A stretch of DNA of 64,000 bases from a bacterium (GCA_965203325.1 OZ241875.1:3616001-3680000), one strand, 5' to 3'. Shown: positions 43,808 to 54,703, numbered from the stretch's first letter. Translations and numbers: made by a program. The notes: generated by a model not told the origin, from the sequence alone.

Positions 43808-44806
43808 GTGTTTGCCGCACTGGAAAAACCAATTTCAAGCGAATACGCCGCAGAGGAACATTTTTGCGGTGAGAATATGGACATGACGGCATCTCACGTC
43901 CCGGTCATGGTTCAGGAGGTCTTGCGCTTCCTGGCGCCATCTCCGGGCGCTGTGTTCTTAGATACTACCTTGGGCGGAGGGGAACATGGCGACGCGGTTT
44001 TGGATGCGGTTCAGCCATCGGGTGTGTTGATCGGCTGTGACCGGGACCGAGATGCCGTAGAAACCTGCAAGAAGCGGCTGGCGAAGTATGGGGACGCCGC
44101 CAGGATTCATCATGCGCATCACGGCGAAATGAAGCGCATCGTGAGGGCCGAGGGGTATGAATCGGTCGACGGTGTTTTGTTCGACCTCGGACTTTCCTCG
44201 ATGCAACTGGACACGCCCGGCCGCGGGTTCCGCATGAACGCGCCCGAGCCTCTGGACATGCGCATGGACCGGACGCAGGGGCCGACCGCAGCCGATTTGA
44301 TCGATCAATTACCGGAAGAAGAACTCGCCAATCTCATCTATCGATACGGGGAAGAGCGCCACTCCCGCGCCATCGCGCGCGCCATCGGGCGTGCGCGCGC
44401 GGATGGAGGCGTGAGGCGATGCGATGAACTCGCATCGCTCATCGCCACGGTCGCTGCCAGAAGGAGCGGCCGCCGCGGGAGGCGTTGGCGCATTCACCCC
44501 GCAACCCGGACGTTCCAGGCGCTGCGGATCGCCGTGAATCGTGAGCTGGAGACTCTCGAGGATTCCTTGCGCGATGCGGTGGACCTCCTGCGCCCGGGCG
44601 GGCGAATCGTCGTTATCAGCTTTCACTCGCTGGAAGACAGGATCGTCAAGAACCTCTTTCGCGGACTCTCCGGCGGCGAGGAGCCGACACTCGAAACCCT
44701 GACCCGCAGGGTCGTCCGGCCCGACGAGGCGGAGGTGAGTGAAAACCCGCGCAGCCGCAGCGCAAAATTGCGCGCCGCCGAGCGCCTCGGGGAGGATGTA
44801 GGGTGA
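43808..44806 (+). CDS. rsmH: 16S rRNA m4C1402 methyltransferase (start may be 43877)
   Basis: HVPVM, DLGLSSMQLD, PLDMRMD, ATRTFQALRIAVNREL, SFHSLEDRIVK, NPRSRSAKLR. Confidence 0.96.
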   Translation: MFAALEKPISSEYAAEEHFCGENMDMTASHVPVMVQEVLRFLAPSPGAVFLDTTLGGGEHGDAVLDAVQPSGVLIGCDRDRDAVETCKKRLAKYGDAARIHHAHHGEMKRIVRAEGYESVDGVLFDLGLSSMQLDTPGRGFRMNAPEPLDMRMDRTQGPTAADLIDQLPEEELANLIYRYGEERHSRAIARAIGRARADGGVRRCDELASLIATVAARRSGRRGRRWRIHPATRTFQALRIAVNRELETLEDSLRDAVDLLRPGGRIVVISFHSLEDRIVKNLFRGLSGGEEPTLETLTRRVVRPDEAEVSENPRSRSAKLRAAERLGEDVG

Positions 44807-45150
44807 GACGCCCGAAAACCCGCGGCGGATGGCGAGAGAGAATCGGCGCGGCGTCTGCCGGTTCGGGCGTCTCGCTGCTCAAGGCGGGTCTGTGCATTAC
44901 TTTCATCGCATGCAGCGCCGCCGCTTTGGTGTGGCCGCATCTGGAGATGGTGAAGATCGGGTATCGCCTGGCGAATCTGGAGCACCAAAGAGAAAAGCTC
45001 TTGCAGGACAGGCGCGTCCTGCGAATCGAAATAGCCGCGCTTCGGCAGCTGGATCGCATCGAGTCGATTGCGCGGAAAAAACTGGAAATGGTTTTTCCGG
45101 AACCCGGGCAAATAGTGTATGTAAGAACAGGGTCTGGACGTGTAGAGTAA
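44803..45150 (+). CDS. ftsL: Cell division protein FtsL
   Basis: One TM helix plus coiled coil ending RIESIARKKLEM..P; position between rsmH and the PBP. Confidence 0.85.
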   Translation: MRRPKTRGGWRERIGAASAGSGVSLLKAGLCITFIACSAAALVWPHLEMVKIGYRLANLEHQREKLLQDRRVLRIEIAALRQLDRIESIARKKLEMVFPEPGQIVYVRTGSGRVE

Positions 45151-45187
45151 CCGTCCCTTCTCCCTCCCGCCCATAGCAGGTTGGCCC

Positions 45188-47041
45188 ATGAAGCAGGGCT
45201 TCTCTCGTCGCTTGATCGTTTGCGGCTCCTTGGTGGCGTTCGGATTTTGCATGTTGGGCGTCAAGCTCTTCATCATCCAAATCCGCGATCGTGATCACCT
45301 CGTAGCCTATGCGGAGCGCCAGTTGCGCCGCACGCTCGTGGTGCGCCCCAGGCGCGGAGACGTCGTGGACGCGAGGGGCCGGCCTCTGGCGGTGAGCATC
45401 AACGCACCCTCTCTTTTCGCCAACGCCAGGGTGGTGTCCGATCCGGTGGGCGTCTCGCTGGCGCTCAAGGAAATTCTGGGCGGCTCGGTGGGGGATTATC
45501 TCGATAAATTGAACGGCCGCCGAAGTTATGTATGGCTCAAGCGGAAAATCAATCCCGATCAAAAAGGAAAAATCGAAAAGCTGGGGATCGACGGCCTGGG
45601 CTTCGTCACTGAAAGCATGCGCTTCTATCCCAAGCGCGAACTCGCATCCTCTCTGGTCGGCTTCGTCGGCGTTGATGATGCGGGCATGTATGGCGTGGAG
45701 CAATCCTACCAGGAGCACATGGGGGGGCGCGTGGGCCGCATTCGTATCCAGCGCGACGCGAAGGGCAGGCCGGCTCATCCCGAATCAAGGGTTCTCGTGC
45801 CGGCGCGTCCGGGCGCGGACGTTCGCCTCACCATCGATGAGGTGCTTCAGCACATCGTCGAAAAAGAGTTGAGCGCCCAGGTCCGCCGCGTTGGCGCGCG
45901 GCGCGCCATCGGGGTCATGGTCGAGCCCCAAAGCGGCAGAATTCTGGCCTTGGCGTCCGTACCGGGGTTCAACCCCAACGCGTATCGACTTTACGGCGCA
46001 TCCCTTTGGAAAGAGCCCGCCATCCAGGAATTCTACGAACCCGGCTCGACGTTCAAGATCATCACGGCGGCGGCCTATCTGGACGCAGGCGAGTCGCTCT
46101 CGAAAAAGTATTTCGCCGAAAACGGCTCCTACCGGTTTGGAGGGGGGCGCTACACCCTCCGGGATCATAAAAAATACGGCTGGCTCACCGCCGAAGAGGT
46201 GATTGTGAAATCATCGAACATCGGCACATTCAAGATGGCGCGTGATATCGGCGAGCACCAGCTCCATTTCATGGCGCACCGTTTTGGTTTTGGCCGCAAG
46301 ACGGGGATCAATTTCCCCGGAGAAGCCCTGGGCGTCCTTCGCGCGCCGAAGAAGTGGTCGAAAACCTCGTTGGCGGCGGTAGCCATCGGGCAGGAAGTGG
46401 GTGTCACTCCGCTTCAGATGGTGATGGCTGTGGCCGCGGTGGCGAACGGCGGCCTGATGCCCCGGCCCGTTCTGCACGATTCCATCGGACGAAACGAAAA
46501 GGAGACGCTCCCGGCCCAGAGGCAGGAGTTCAGGCGTGTTCTCTCCCGCCGCGTGGCGGAGCGTCTCGGCGTTTTGATGAGGAAGGTCGTGACCGGGGGC
46601 ACGGGGAGAAAGGCCGAAATTCCGGGTTACGGCGCCGCGGGGAAAACGGGTACGGCGCAGAAGGTTCTCCCGGGTCAGCGAGGCTACAGCCGCTCGAAAT
46701 TCATCATGTCGTTCGTGGGTTTCGCCCCCTACGAGAACCCCCGTTTCGCCCTCATCGTCATCTTCGATGAGGGCAAGGGGCCCGCAGGCGCATGGGGGGG
46801 TACTGTCGCGGCGCCGGTTTGGCGGCGAATCGCCTGGCAGGCGCTGCGCTACATGCGTGTGCCTCCGGTGGGAGCCAGGATCCTGCAGGTGGCGGATTCG
46901 CGCCCTCGGGTTCGCGTTGGGGTTGATCCGGAGAACGGAGATCGAACGATAGGCGAGAAGGTTCTGGACGCCGCAAGAGAGGTGCGCCGCTATCTGCATG
47001 GCGATCGGGCGCAGGCGGCTTCATGGGATGCGACGCGTTGA
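45188..47041 (+). CDS. ftsI: Class B penicillin-binding protein (FtsI/PBP3)
   Basis: RGDVVDARG, EPGSTFK (SxxK), KSSNIG (SxN), GKTGTAQK; dcw position. Confidence 0.92.
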   Translation: MKQGFSRRLIVCGSLVAFGFCMLGVKLFIIQIRDRDHLVAYAERQLRRTLVVRPRRGDVVDARGRPLAVSINAPSLFANARVVSDPVGVSLALKEILGGSVGDYLDKLNGRRSYVWLKRKINPDQKGKIEKLGIDGLGFVTESMRFYPKRELASSLVGFVGVDDAGMYGVEQSYQEHMGGRVGRIRIQRDAKGRPAHPESRVLVPARPGADVRLTIDEVLQHIVEKELSAQVRRVGARRAIGVMVEPQSGRILALASVPGFNPNAYRLYGASLWKEPAIQEFYEPGSTFKIITAAAYLDAGESLSKKYFAENGSYRFGGGRYTLRDHKKYGWLTAEEVIVKSSNIGTFKMARDIGEHQLHFMAHRFGFGRKTGINFPGEALGVLRAPKKWSKTSLAAVAIGQEVGVTPLQMVMAVAAVANGGLMPRPVLHDSIGRNEKETLPAQRQEFRRVLSRRVAERLGVLMRKVVTGGTGRKAEIPGYGAAGKTGTAQKVLPGQRGYSRSKFIMSFVGFAPYENPRFALIVIFDEGKGPAGAWGGTVAAPVWRRIAWQALRYMRVPPVGARILQVADSRPRVRVGVDPENGDRTIGEKVLDAAREVRRYLHGDRAQAASWDATR

Positions 47042-47049
47042 ACGGAGCG

Positions 47050-48546
47050 ATGGTCGTGAGTGAGAAGAGCGCCTCATTCGAGGAATTGACACGGGCCGTG
47101 CCCGGCGCAAGGGCCGCCGGAGATTTTTCCGCCCAAATCACCGGCGTGGCTTACGATTCGCGCCTCGTCGTGCCGGGCGACGTCTTCGTGGCGGTGGTGG
47201 GCTTCCAGGCGGATGGGCACAATTTCGCCAAGGACGCTGTAGATGGGGGCGCGGCCGCCCTCGTCGTGGAGAGAAAAATAGAGGGGGTCTCCCCCGAGGT
47301 GCCCCAGTTCGTCGCGTCCTCCTGCCGCGAGGCCTTATCCCGCATCGGCGATGCGTTCTACGGGCATCCCTCGGGAGAGTTGGCGCTCATCGGCGTTACG
47401 GGCACGAACGGAAAGACGACCACCGCGTTTCTCATCGACGCGATTCTCCGCGCCTCGGGCAGGCGCACCGGCTTGATGGGGACGATTCATTACCGTGTGG
47501 GCGATGAAGTGTTCGAGGAGCCTCGAACGACCTCGGAAGGCCCCGACCTGCAGCGGTATCTGCGCCGCATGGCGGACGCGGGCGCTTCCCACACGGTAAT
47601 GGAAGTGTCGAGCCACGGACTGGCCCTGGACAGATTGTTCGGCTGCGAGTTCCAGGCGGCGGTATTCACGAATCTTACCCAGGACCATCTCGATTTTCAT
47701 GGCGACATGGAGGCTTACTTTCAGGCCAAACTGAAGCTGTTCAAAGAGTTTTCGCCCGCAAATTCCATCGTCAACGTCGATGACGCCTACGGAAGGAGAA
47801 TCGCCGAGGAGGCGAGGGGGCGAGTCTGGACGTACGCCGCCGGTTCCGGGGCGGACCTGGGCGTGGAGGATCTTTCGAGTTCCTCTTCGGGCATGCGTTT
47901 CCAGATGCTGACGCCCGCCGGAAGGGTGGGTGTCGAAACGGCGCTCATCGGCCGCCACAACCTGAGCAACATCCTGGCCGCATCGGCGGCTTGTCTCTCC
48001 CAGGGCTTGACGCCCGAAGAAGTGGCGGCGGGGGTCGCGTCTCTGGAGAACATACCCGGACGCTTCGAGAAGGTCGACATGGGTCAACCCTTCTTGGTGG
48101 TGGTGGATTACGCGCACACCGAGGACGCCCTCGCGCGCGTGCTGGAATTCGCCCGGCCTGTCACGGAGGGAAGAATCCTCACCCTCATGGGGTGCGGAGG
48201 CGACAGGGACAGAAATAAGCGTCCTCTCATGGCCGCCGCCGCCCTGCGGGGGAGCGACTACGTGGTGATGACGTCGGATAATCCGCGCACCGAAGACCCC
48301 GCGTCGATCCTGAGAGAAGTCGAATCCGGCGCCGCTCTCGCGCCCTCGAGCGTCGGCCGCTGGCGCAGCATTCTGGACAGGCGCGAGGCGATTCGGGCCA
48401 TCGTCGCCGAAGCGCGCGAGGGAGACGCCGTGGTCATCGCGGGCAAGGGGCACGAGACGTATCAGATTCTGGGAACCGAGCGTACGCCGTTCGACGATCG
48501 CGAAGAGGCCCGCACGGCGCTGCGCCTCGCGGGATACGAGAGATGA
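47050..48546 (+). CDS. murE: UDP-MurNAc-dipeptide--meso-DAP ligase
   Basis: GVTGTNGKTT, MEVSSH, DHLDFH, VDYAHT, DNPR (DAP-type motif), AGKGHE. Confidence 0.96.
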   Translation: MVVSEKSASFEELTRAVPGARAAGDFSAQITGVAYDSRLVVPGDVFVAVVGFQADGHNFAKDAVDGGAAALVVERKIEGVSPEVPQFVASSCREALSRIGDAFYGHPSGELALIGVTGTNGKTTTAFLIDAILRASGRRTGLMGTIHYRVGDEVFEEPRTTSEGPDLQRYLRRMADAGASHTVMEVSSHGLALDRLFGCEFQAAVFTNLTQDHLDFHGDMEAYFQAKLKLFKEFSPANSIVNVDDAYGRRIAEEARGRVWTYAAGSGADLGVEDLSSSSSGMRFQMLTPAGRVGVETALIGRHNLSNILAASAACLSQGLTPEEVAAGVASLENIPGRFEKVDMGQPFLVVVDYAHTEDALARVLEFARPVTEGRILTLMGCGGDRDRNKRPLMAAAALRGSDYVVMTSDNPRTEDPASILREVESGAALAPSSVGRWRSILDRREAIRAIVAEAREGDAVVIAGKGHETYQILGTERTPFDDREEARTALRLAGYER

Positions 48547-49958
48547 TAGGGGCGGAATCGATGACGGCTGTTTTCAGCGCAGACGAAATCGCGGCGGCTG
48601 TGAAAGGGCGTCTGGTTCGAGGCGACGGCTCCGCCCGCGCCGCCGGCGTGAGCACGGACACGCGCACGCTCGAAGCGGAAGAACTGTTCATCGCGCTCAA
48701 GGGTCCCAACTTCGATGGGGCGCAGTTCCTCGCCCAGGCGGTGGAGAAAAAAGCGGCGGGGGTCGTCGTGGAGCAAGGCGCAGATGTGCCGGATGGGGAT
48801 GCGGTTTTCGTCGTCGAGGTGGCGGACACGCTGCGGGCCCTGGGCGATCTGGCATGCGCGCACCGGAGCCGCTTCGAGATTCCCGTGGCGGGCGTAACGG
48901 GCAGCAACGGGAAGACGACGACGAAGGAGATGATAGCGGCGCTGCTCTCCGCCGGAGGCGGGACGTACAAGAGCCAGGGGAACCTGAACAACCTGGTGGG
49001 TCTCCCGCATCAGGTCCTCCGCCTGGGCGATGAGCACGCAAACGCCGTCTTCGAGATGGGGATGAGCGAGGCCGGTGAAATCAGGAGGCTCGCCGAGATC
49101 GCCCGGCCACGAATCGCCGTCATCACGAACGTCGGGCCCGCGCACATCGAAGGGCTGGGCAGCGTGGAGGCGGTGCGCGATGCGAAAGGCGAGATACTCG
49201 AAGCGATACCCCCGGACGGCGTTGCCGTGCTCTCGAACGAGGATCCCCACAGCCGTTTTCTGGCCGAGAGGCACGAGGCGGCGGGCGGGCGTGTGATTCG
49301 CTTCGGCTTTTCGCCGCCAAGCGACTTCTGGGCGGATGAGATCCGCATCGCCGCCGACGGGACGCGCTTTGCGCTCCATTGCCCAGGCGGCGAGAGCGGG
49401 GTTCGGCTCAAGGCGCTGGGGCGCCATAACGTATTGAACGCATTGGCCGCCGCGGCTTGCGCGTCTGCGCTGGGCGTCTCCCTGGATGAAATGGCCGACG
49501 GACTCTCGCGGACCGTTCTCCCCGAAATGCGGTTCCAGGCGCGCGAGATTTCCGGACGCGGGGGCGTCCATCTGCTGGATGATTCCTACAACGCGAACCC
49601 CGCCTCCGTCGCCCGGGCGCTGGAGACGGCGAGCGCTCTCAGCGGCGGTGGGCGGCTCATCTCGGTTCTCGGCGACATGGCGGAACTGGGGCCGCTCGCC
49701 GAGCGCGCGCACCGCGAAGTGGGCCGGAAACTGGCCGCCTGCGGCGTAGACTTGTTCGTGGGTGTGGGGCCGCTGATGAGGTTCGCGTCCAATGAGGCGC
49801 GCCGCGCGGGTATGGATGGCGCCCGAATCATGAATTTTGAGGCGCCGGAGCAGGCGGCTTCTTCGCTGGGCGATATGCTCCGCTCCGGTGACTGGGTTTT
49901 GGTGAAGGGGTCGCGTTCGATGATGATGGAGCGCGTGATCGAAGGACTCGAAATCTGA
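48543..49958 (+). CDS. murF: UDP-MurNAc-tripeptide--D-Ala-D-Ala ligase
   Basis: GVTGSNGKTTTKEM, NLNNLVGLP, EMGMS, DSYNANP, GDMAELG, VKGSR. Confidence 0.96.
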   Translation: MIGAESMTAVFSADEIAAAVKGRLVRGDGSARAAGVSTDTRTLEAEELFIALKGPNFDGAQFLAQAVEKKAAGVVVEQGADVPDGDAVFVVEVADTLRALGDLACAHRSRFEIPVAGVTGSNGKTTTKEMIAALLSAGGGTYKSQGNLNNLVGLPHQVLRLGDEHANAVFEMGMSEAGEIRRLAEIARPRIAVITNVGPAHIEGLGSVEAVRDAKGEILEAIPPDGVAVLSNEDPHSRFLAERHEAAGGRVIRFGFSPPSDFWADEIRIAADGTRFALHCPGGESGVRLKALGRHNVLNALAAAACASALGVSLDEMADGLSRTVLPEMRFQAREISGRGGVHLLDDSYNANPASVARALETASALSGGGRLISVLGDMAELGPLAERAHREVGRKLAACGVDLFVGVGPLMRFASNEARRAGMDGARIMNFEAPEQAASSLGDMLRSGDWVLVKGSRSMMMERVIEGLEI

Positions 49959-51043
49959 TGCTCTATTCCGTTTTCATCTCGATGAGTCAAACGATCTCGG
50001 CGCTCAACGTGTTTCGGTTCATCACGTTCAGGACGGCGATGGCGGTGCTCACCGCCCTCGTCATGTCGCTGCTGTTGGGGCCTCGTCTCATTCGTTATCT
50101 CCAGAAGCGTCAAATCGGCGAGGTCATCCGCGACGACGGCCCCCAGACCCACATGGCGAAAAAAGGAACGCCGACGATGGGGGGGCTTCTCATCCTCTTG
50201 TGCGTGGCGGTGCCGGTTCTGCTGTGGAACGACCTCGCGAACGGCTATATCTGGCTCGCGCTCTTCGTTCTGCTCGCCTACGGTCTTCTGGGCTTCTGGG
50301 ATGATTACAAGAAAGTGATGTTGAACGACAAAAACGGCGTGAGGCCTGCCGTAAAATTTCTGGCCCAGGGGATTATCGGCCTCGCCGTGGGGTACGCCCT
50401 TTATAGCGGATTCGTGGAAGTGGATTTCCAGCCCGTCGTCATGTTCCCCTTTTTCAAGAATTTTCAGCCCGACATCGGGATGTGGTTCGTGCCCTATGCC
50501 GCACTCGTCGTCGTGTCGACGAGCAACGCCGTGAATCTCACGGACGGTCTGGACGGTCTCGCCATCGGCCCGCTGCTGATTGCGGCAGGCGCCTATCTCG
50601 TTTTCAGCTATGTCTCGGGACATGCGGGCATCTCGAAGTATCTGCTGATCCTCCACGTTCGGGGCGCGGGAGAACTGGCCATCCTCTGCGGGGCGATGTT
50701 CGGCGCGGGGCTCGGATTCTTGTGGTTCAACGCATACCCGGCGCAGGTGTTCATGGGCGACGTGGGCGCGCTTTCTCTGGGCGCACTGCTGGCCACGGTG
50801 GCGCTGGCGATCAAGCAGGAACTCCTCCTGTTCCTGGTGGGCGGTTTGTTCGTCCTGGAGACGCTCTCGGTCATCGTGCAGGTGATCTCCTTCAAGACTA
50901 CCGGCCGGCGCGTGTTCCGTATGGCGCCGCTGCATCACCACTTCGAGGAAGAGGGTTGGTCCGAACCCAAGGTGACGGTTCGCTTCTGGATAGTGGCGGT
51001 CGTTTTGGCCCTGATGAGTTTGGCGACGCTGAAACTGAGATGA
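49958..51043 (+). CDS. mraY: Phospho-N-acetylmuramoyl-pentapeptide transferase
   Basis: KKGTPTMGG, NAVNLTDGLDGL, VFMGDVG, MAPLHHHFE. Confidence 0.98.
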   Translation: MLYSVFISMSQTISALNVFRFITFRTAMAVLTALVMSLLLGPRLIRYLQKRQIGEVIRDDGPQTHMAKKGTPTMGGLLILLCVAVPVLLWNDLANGYIWLALFVLLAYGLLGFWDDYKKVMLNDKNGVRPAVKFLAQGIIGLAVGYALYSGFVEVDFQPVVMFPFFKNFQPDIGMWFVPYAALVVVSTSNAVNLTDGLDGLAIGPLLIAAGAYLVFSYVSGHAGISKYLLILHVRGAGELAILCGAMFGAGLGFLWFNAYPAQVFMGDVGALSLGALLATVALAIKQELLLFLVGGLFVLETLSVIVQVISFKTTGRRVFRMAPLHHHFEEEGWSEPKVTVRFWIVAVVLALMSLATLKLR

Positions 51044-52437
51044 GGAATCTTGTTTTGGACAACAAGGCCACGGCGTGGATAGAAGCGCTGCCCGCGCGGC
51101 GGGCGCTCGTCATGGGAATGGCGAGGAGCGGGATTGCCGCGGCGGGGGCGCTTGCGCGCCTGGGCGCGAAGGTGGTGGCCACGGACCTGGAAGAGGTTCC
51201 GGGTCTGAGCGAGCGCTTGCCCCCGGGCGTGGTTCTCGAACTCGGCGGCCACAGCGAGGCGCGTTTCGAGGAGTGCGACCTGCTGGTGGTGAGTCCGGGG
51301 ATTCCCGCGACGAACCGCTACATCGCCCTGGCGAGAGCGTCGGGCGCCGAAGTGATCGGCGAGGTGGAACTGGCCTGTCGGCTTTGTGCCGCGCCCATCG
51401 CCGCCGTCACCGGAACGAACGGGAAGACGACGGTCACCACGATGCTCGGGCGGATTCTGGAGGAAAGCGGTTTTTGCGCGCCGGTGGGCGGAAACATCGG
51501 AAGAGCCCTCGTCGAGGTGGTTGAAGCCCAAGGCGATGAGGCCGATTTCATCGTCGGCGAGGTGAGCAGCTTTCAACTCGAATGGGCGCCCACGATTAAG
51601 CCGAAAGTCGGCGTGATGACCAACGTAACGCCCGATCATCTGGACAGGCATCCGGATATCGATGCGTACGCGGACCTCAAGGCGGGGCTGTTCGCCAACC
51701 AGGGGGAGGGGGACGCCAAAATCCTGAACGCGGACGACCCCCTGACGGCGCGCTACATGACCCCCGGCCCGCAGAGCGTCCTGGCGTTCAGCCGGAAAGA
51801 ACGGGTGCGCCGGGGCGCGTTTGTAGAAGGGGCCGATGTGTTTTTGGCCGAGGAGGCCGGCGCCACCCGCGTTTGCGGCGCGAGCGAACTCCTGATTCCC
51901 GGCCTTCACAACCTCGAGAATTTTCTGGCCGCATGCGCGGCGGCGCATTTTCTGGGTGCCGACGCGGCGGCGATGGCGCGCGTGGCGCGCGCCTTCGAGG
52001 GCCTGCCCCACCGCATGGAGGTCGTCGGCGAGGTGGGGGGCGTCCGCTGGGTGAACGATTCGAAGGGAACGAACGTGGGCGCCGCGGCGATGAGCCTGGA
52101 GAGCCTGGCGGGAGACGTGTTCCTCATCGCCGGGGGCGTGGACAAGGGGAGCGACCTCGCGCCCATGCGCGCCGAGGTGGAGAAGAAGGTCCGGCGCATG
52201 ATTCTCATCGGCGAGGCGGCGGAACGATTTGGCCGTTTTTTCGATGGATGCGCGCCCCTCGTATACGCGAAGACGCTGGATGAAGCCGTTCGAATCGCAC
52301 ACGAGGAGGCGCGGGAGGGCGATACGGTTCTCCTATCGCCCGCCTGTTCGAGCTTCGATCAGTTTCGGGATTACGCCCACCGGGGCGACGCCTTCCGCCG
52401 AATGGTCCGGGAATTGACGGGGAGGGATGAGCATTGA
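51040..52437 (+). CDS. murD: UDP-MurNAc-L-Ala--D-Glu ligase
   Basis: VSPGIP, VTGTNGKTT, GGNIG, EVSSFQLE, DHLDRH, NDSKGTN, LSPACSSFDQF. Confidence 0.96.
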   Translation: MRNLVLDNKATAWIEALPARRALVMGMARSGIAAAGALARLGAKVVATDLEEVPGLSERLPPGVVLELGGHSEARFEECDLLVVSPGIPATNRYIALARASGAEVIGEVELACRLCAAPIAAVTGTNGKTTVTTMLGRILEESGFCAPVGGNIGRALVEVVEAQGDEADFIVGEVSSFQLEWAPTIKPKVGVMTNVTPDHLDRHPDIDAYADLKAGLFANQGEGDAKILNADDPLTARYMTPGPQSVLAFSRKERVRRGAFVEGADVFLAEEAGATRVCGASELLIPGLHNLENFLAACAAAHFLGADAAAMARVARAFEGLPHRMEVVGEVGGVRWVNDSKGTNVGAAAMSLESLAGDVFLIAGGVDKGSDLAPMRAEVEKKVRRMILIGEAAERFGRFFDGCAPLVYAKTLDEAVRIAHEEAREGDTVLLSPACSSFDQFRDYAHRGDAFRRMVRELTGRDEH

Positions 52438-53621
52438 TCCATAAACGAATCGACCCCGTCATCTTCTTCATCTCGCTGGGGCTGGTGGCTTTCGGCGTCG
52501 TCATGGTGTTCAGCGCAAGCCATATTCTCGCGTTGGACAGGTACGGCGATGCGTTCTACTTCGTGAAACGCCATGTTCTATGGGCTGTCCTCGGCTTCGC
52601 CTGCATGTTGGCCGTTTCCCAAACGGATCCCCGGCGCCTCCGCAAGATAGCATTTCCCTTGCTGATAGCCTCGGTTCTTGCGCTTTTGATGGTGTTTGCG
52701 CCGGGCATCGGAAAAGAAGCGGGCGGCGCGCGCCGGTGGCTGATGCTGGGTCCCTTCTCCTTTCAGCCGGCCGAAGCCGCAAAACTGGGGTTGGTGATTT
52801 TTCTCGCGCACTTCCTGGCGCTCAAGGGCGAGCGCCTGAACCATTGGTTGTTCGGTTTTCTGCCGCCTGTCGGGTTTGCGGGAATCATTCTGGGTCTCAT
52901 GCTGATTCAGCCGGATTTGGGCACGGCCACCCTGACCGCCGCGGTCGTCGGCGTTTTGTTGTATCTGGCGGGCGCGAGACCGTTTCACCTGGGAGTTTGC
53001 GGGCTCGTGACGGGGTTCGTCCTGGCGGGCATGGTGGTCTTCGCGCCCTGGCGCATGAAGCGGATATTCGCTTTTTGGGATCCCTTCGCCGCGGCGAAAG
53101 GCGCGGGCTATCAGCTCATTCAATCCCTGCTGGCCATCGCGCGGGGCGGTCTGGCGGGTCTCGGCCTGGGCGAGGGCAAGCAAAAACTCTTCTATCTGCC
53201 CGAGCCCCACACGGATTTCATCTACGCGGTCGTGGGCGAGGAGTTGGGCCTCATCGGCGCTCTGTGCGTCGCGGCGGCGTTCGTGGTTCTGCTTTGGCGC
53301 GGCTTCCAGATCGCTGCGCGCTGCGAGGATTTCTTCAGCGCCCTGTTGGCGGCGGGCGTGACCTTTCTGGTCGTCGCGCAGGGTTTTTTGAACATGGCGG
53401 TGGCGGCGGGTCTTCTGCCCACAACGGGCATACCGCTGCCCCTGATCAGTCTGGGCGGCTCGTCTCTGGTGTTTACGCTCATCTCTCTCGGATTGCTGAT
53501 TTCCATCGAATCGTCGCATCACGCTTCCAGGCAGCCAGGACCGGGGAGTCCGCTCGACGCGGCGGCGGGGTGGATTTCACGCGCGCGCAGGCCGTTCCTC
53601 CGCAGGAGGACGCGCTCATGA
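52434..53621 (+). CDS. ftsW: SEDS peptidoglycan glycosyltransferase FtsW
   Basis: GARRW, FQPAEAAK, QPDLGT, YLPEPHTDFI, GIPLPLISLGGSS. Confidence 0.95.
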   Translation: MIHKRIDPVIFFISLGLVAFGVVMVFSASHILALDRYGDAFYFVKRHVLWAVLGFACMLAVSQTDPRRLRKIAFPLLIASVLALLMVFAPGIGKEAGGARRWLMLGPFSFQPAEAAKLGLVIFLAHFLALKGERLNHWLFGFLPPVGFAGIILGLMLIQPDLGTATLTAAVVGVLLYLAGARPFHLGVCGLVTGFVLAGMVVFAPWRMKRIFAFWDPFAAAKGAGYQLIQSLLAIARGGLAGLGLGEGKQKLFYLPEPHTDFIYAVVGEELGLIGALCVAAAFVVLLWRGFQIAARCEDFFSALLAAGVTFLVVAQGFLNMAVAAGLLPTTGIPLPLISLGGSSLVFTLISLGLLISIESSHHASRQPGPGSPLDAAAGWISRARRPFLRRRTRS

Positions 53622-54703
53622 GACTCCTCGTAGCGGGCGGAGGCACAGGTGGACACCTGTATCCGGGCATTGCGGTGGCCAGGGTTTGGCTGGCGGACGG
53701 GGAGGCGAACGAGGTTTTGTTCGTGGGCACCGAACGCGGGGTCGAGGCCAGGGTGCTGTCTCGTGAGAACCTGCCGTTTCAGGCGATTTCCTCCGCCGGC
53801 GTGCTGGGACGCTCGGTCGGCCAGAGGGCCGGGGCGATGCTCAAGGTGAGTTATGGATTCTGCCAGGCGATGGGAATTATCCGGCGCTTTCGCCCCCATG
53901 TCGTTTTGGGAGTCGGGGGCTATTCCAGCGTTCCCTCGGTCGCCGCGGCGGGGCTTTGGAGAAAACCGGTTGTCCTGATCGAGCAAAACGTCGTTCCCGG
54001 CTTGGCGAACCGCATGCTCTCGCGCTTTGCTTCTAAAGTCGCCGTGGGCCTGCCCGTACGCGACGCCGGTTTCGCGCGCGGGAAAATCGTCGAGACGGGT
54101 CTGCCGCTAAGAGGCGAGTTTTCAGAAAGTTTCGAACGAGGGGAGGATTCCTGGAACGGGCCTTTGAAGGTGCTCGTATTCGGCGGGAGCCAGGGAGCGC
54201 GGGCCATCAACGAAGCGGTGATGAAGGCGCTGCCCCTCATGGGCGATGCGCTCGAAAGAATGCGGTTCGTTCACCAGACGGGAGAGGCGGACTTCACCCG
54301 CGTGCAGGCGGCCTATCAGGAAGTCGGCGCGCAGGCGCACGTGGCGCCTTATCTCTACGACATGGCGGAGCGCTATCGCTGGGCTCAGGTGTGTTTCTCG
54401 CGCGCGGGCGCGATGAGCGTAGCGGAATTGTCCGCCATGTCGCTTCCCGCCGTGTTGATTCCGTTTCCAAGCGCCACCCACGGGCATCAGGAGGCGAACG
54501 CCCGCTATCTCGCCGAACGCGAGGCGGCGCGCATGATACTTCAAGAAGACTTGAGCGGCCGGGTTCTGGCGGATATCTGGCTCGAATACGAGGCGGAGCG
54601 CGGAAAGCTCGTCTCCATGTCGGAGCGCACGAAATCCCTGGCCCGCGCGAACGCCTCCGAAGCGGTGGCCGCCTTGTGCCGTGAGCAGGCGATGGCGGCG
54701 TGA
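53618..54703 (+). CDS. murG: Lipid I N-acetylglucosaminyltransferase
   Basis: AGGGTGGHLYP, GGYSS, EQNVVPGLANR, GGSQGA, RAGA, HQEANA. Confidence 0.96.
   Translation: MRLLVAGGGTGGHLYPGIAVARVWLADGEANEVLFVGTERGVEARVLSRENLPFQAISSAGVLGRSVGQRAGAMLKVSYGFCQAMGIIRRFRPHVVLGVGGYSSVPSVAAAGLWRKPVVLIEQNVVPGLANRMLSRFASKVAVGLPVRDAGFARGKIVETGLPLRGEFSESFERGEDSWNGPLKVLVFGGSQGARAINEAVMKALPLMGDALERMRFVHQTGEADFTRVQAAYQEVGAQAHVAPYLYDMAERYRWAQVCFSRAGAMSVAELSAMSLPAVLIPFPSATHGHQEANARYLAEREAARMILQEDLSGRVLADIWLEYEAERGKLVSMSERTKSLARANASEAVAALCREQAMAA

Noticed and set aside
50482..53617. Long N-terminal extensions of murD and murG (also folP, WYL, hisIE) in the ORF track
   Set aside because: These are open frames running through upstream genes; real starts overlap or follow the preceding stop codons.
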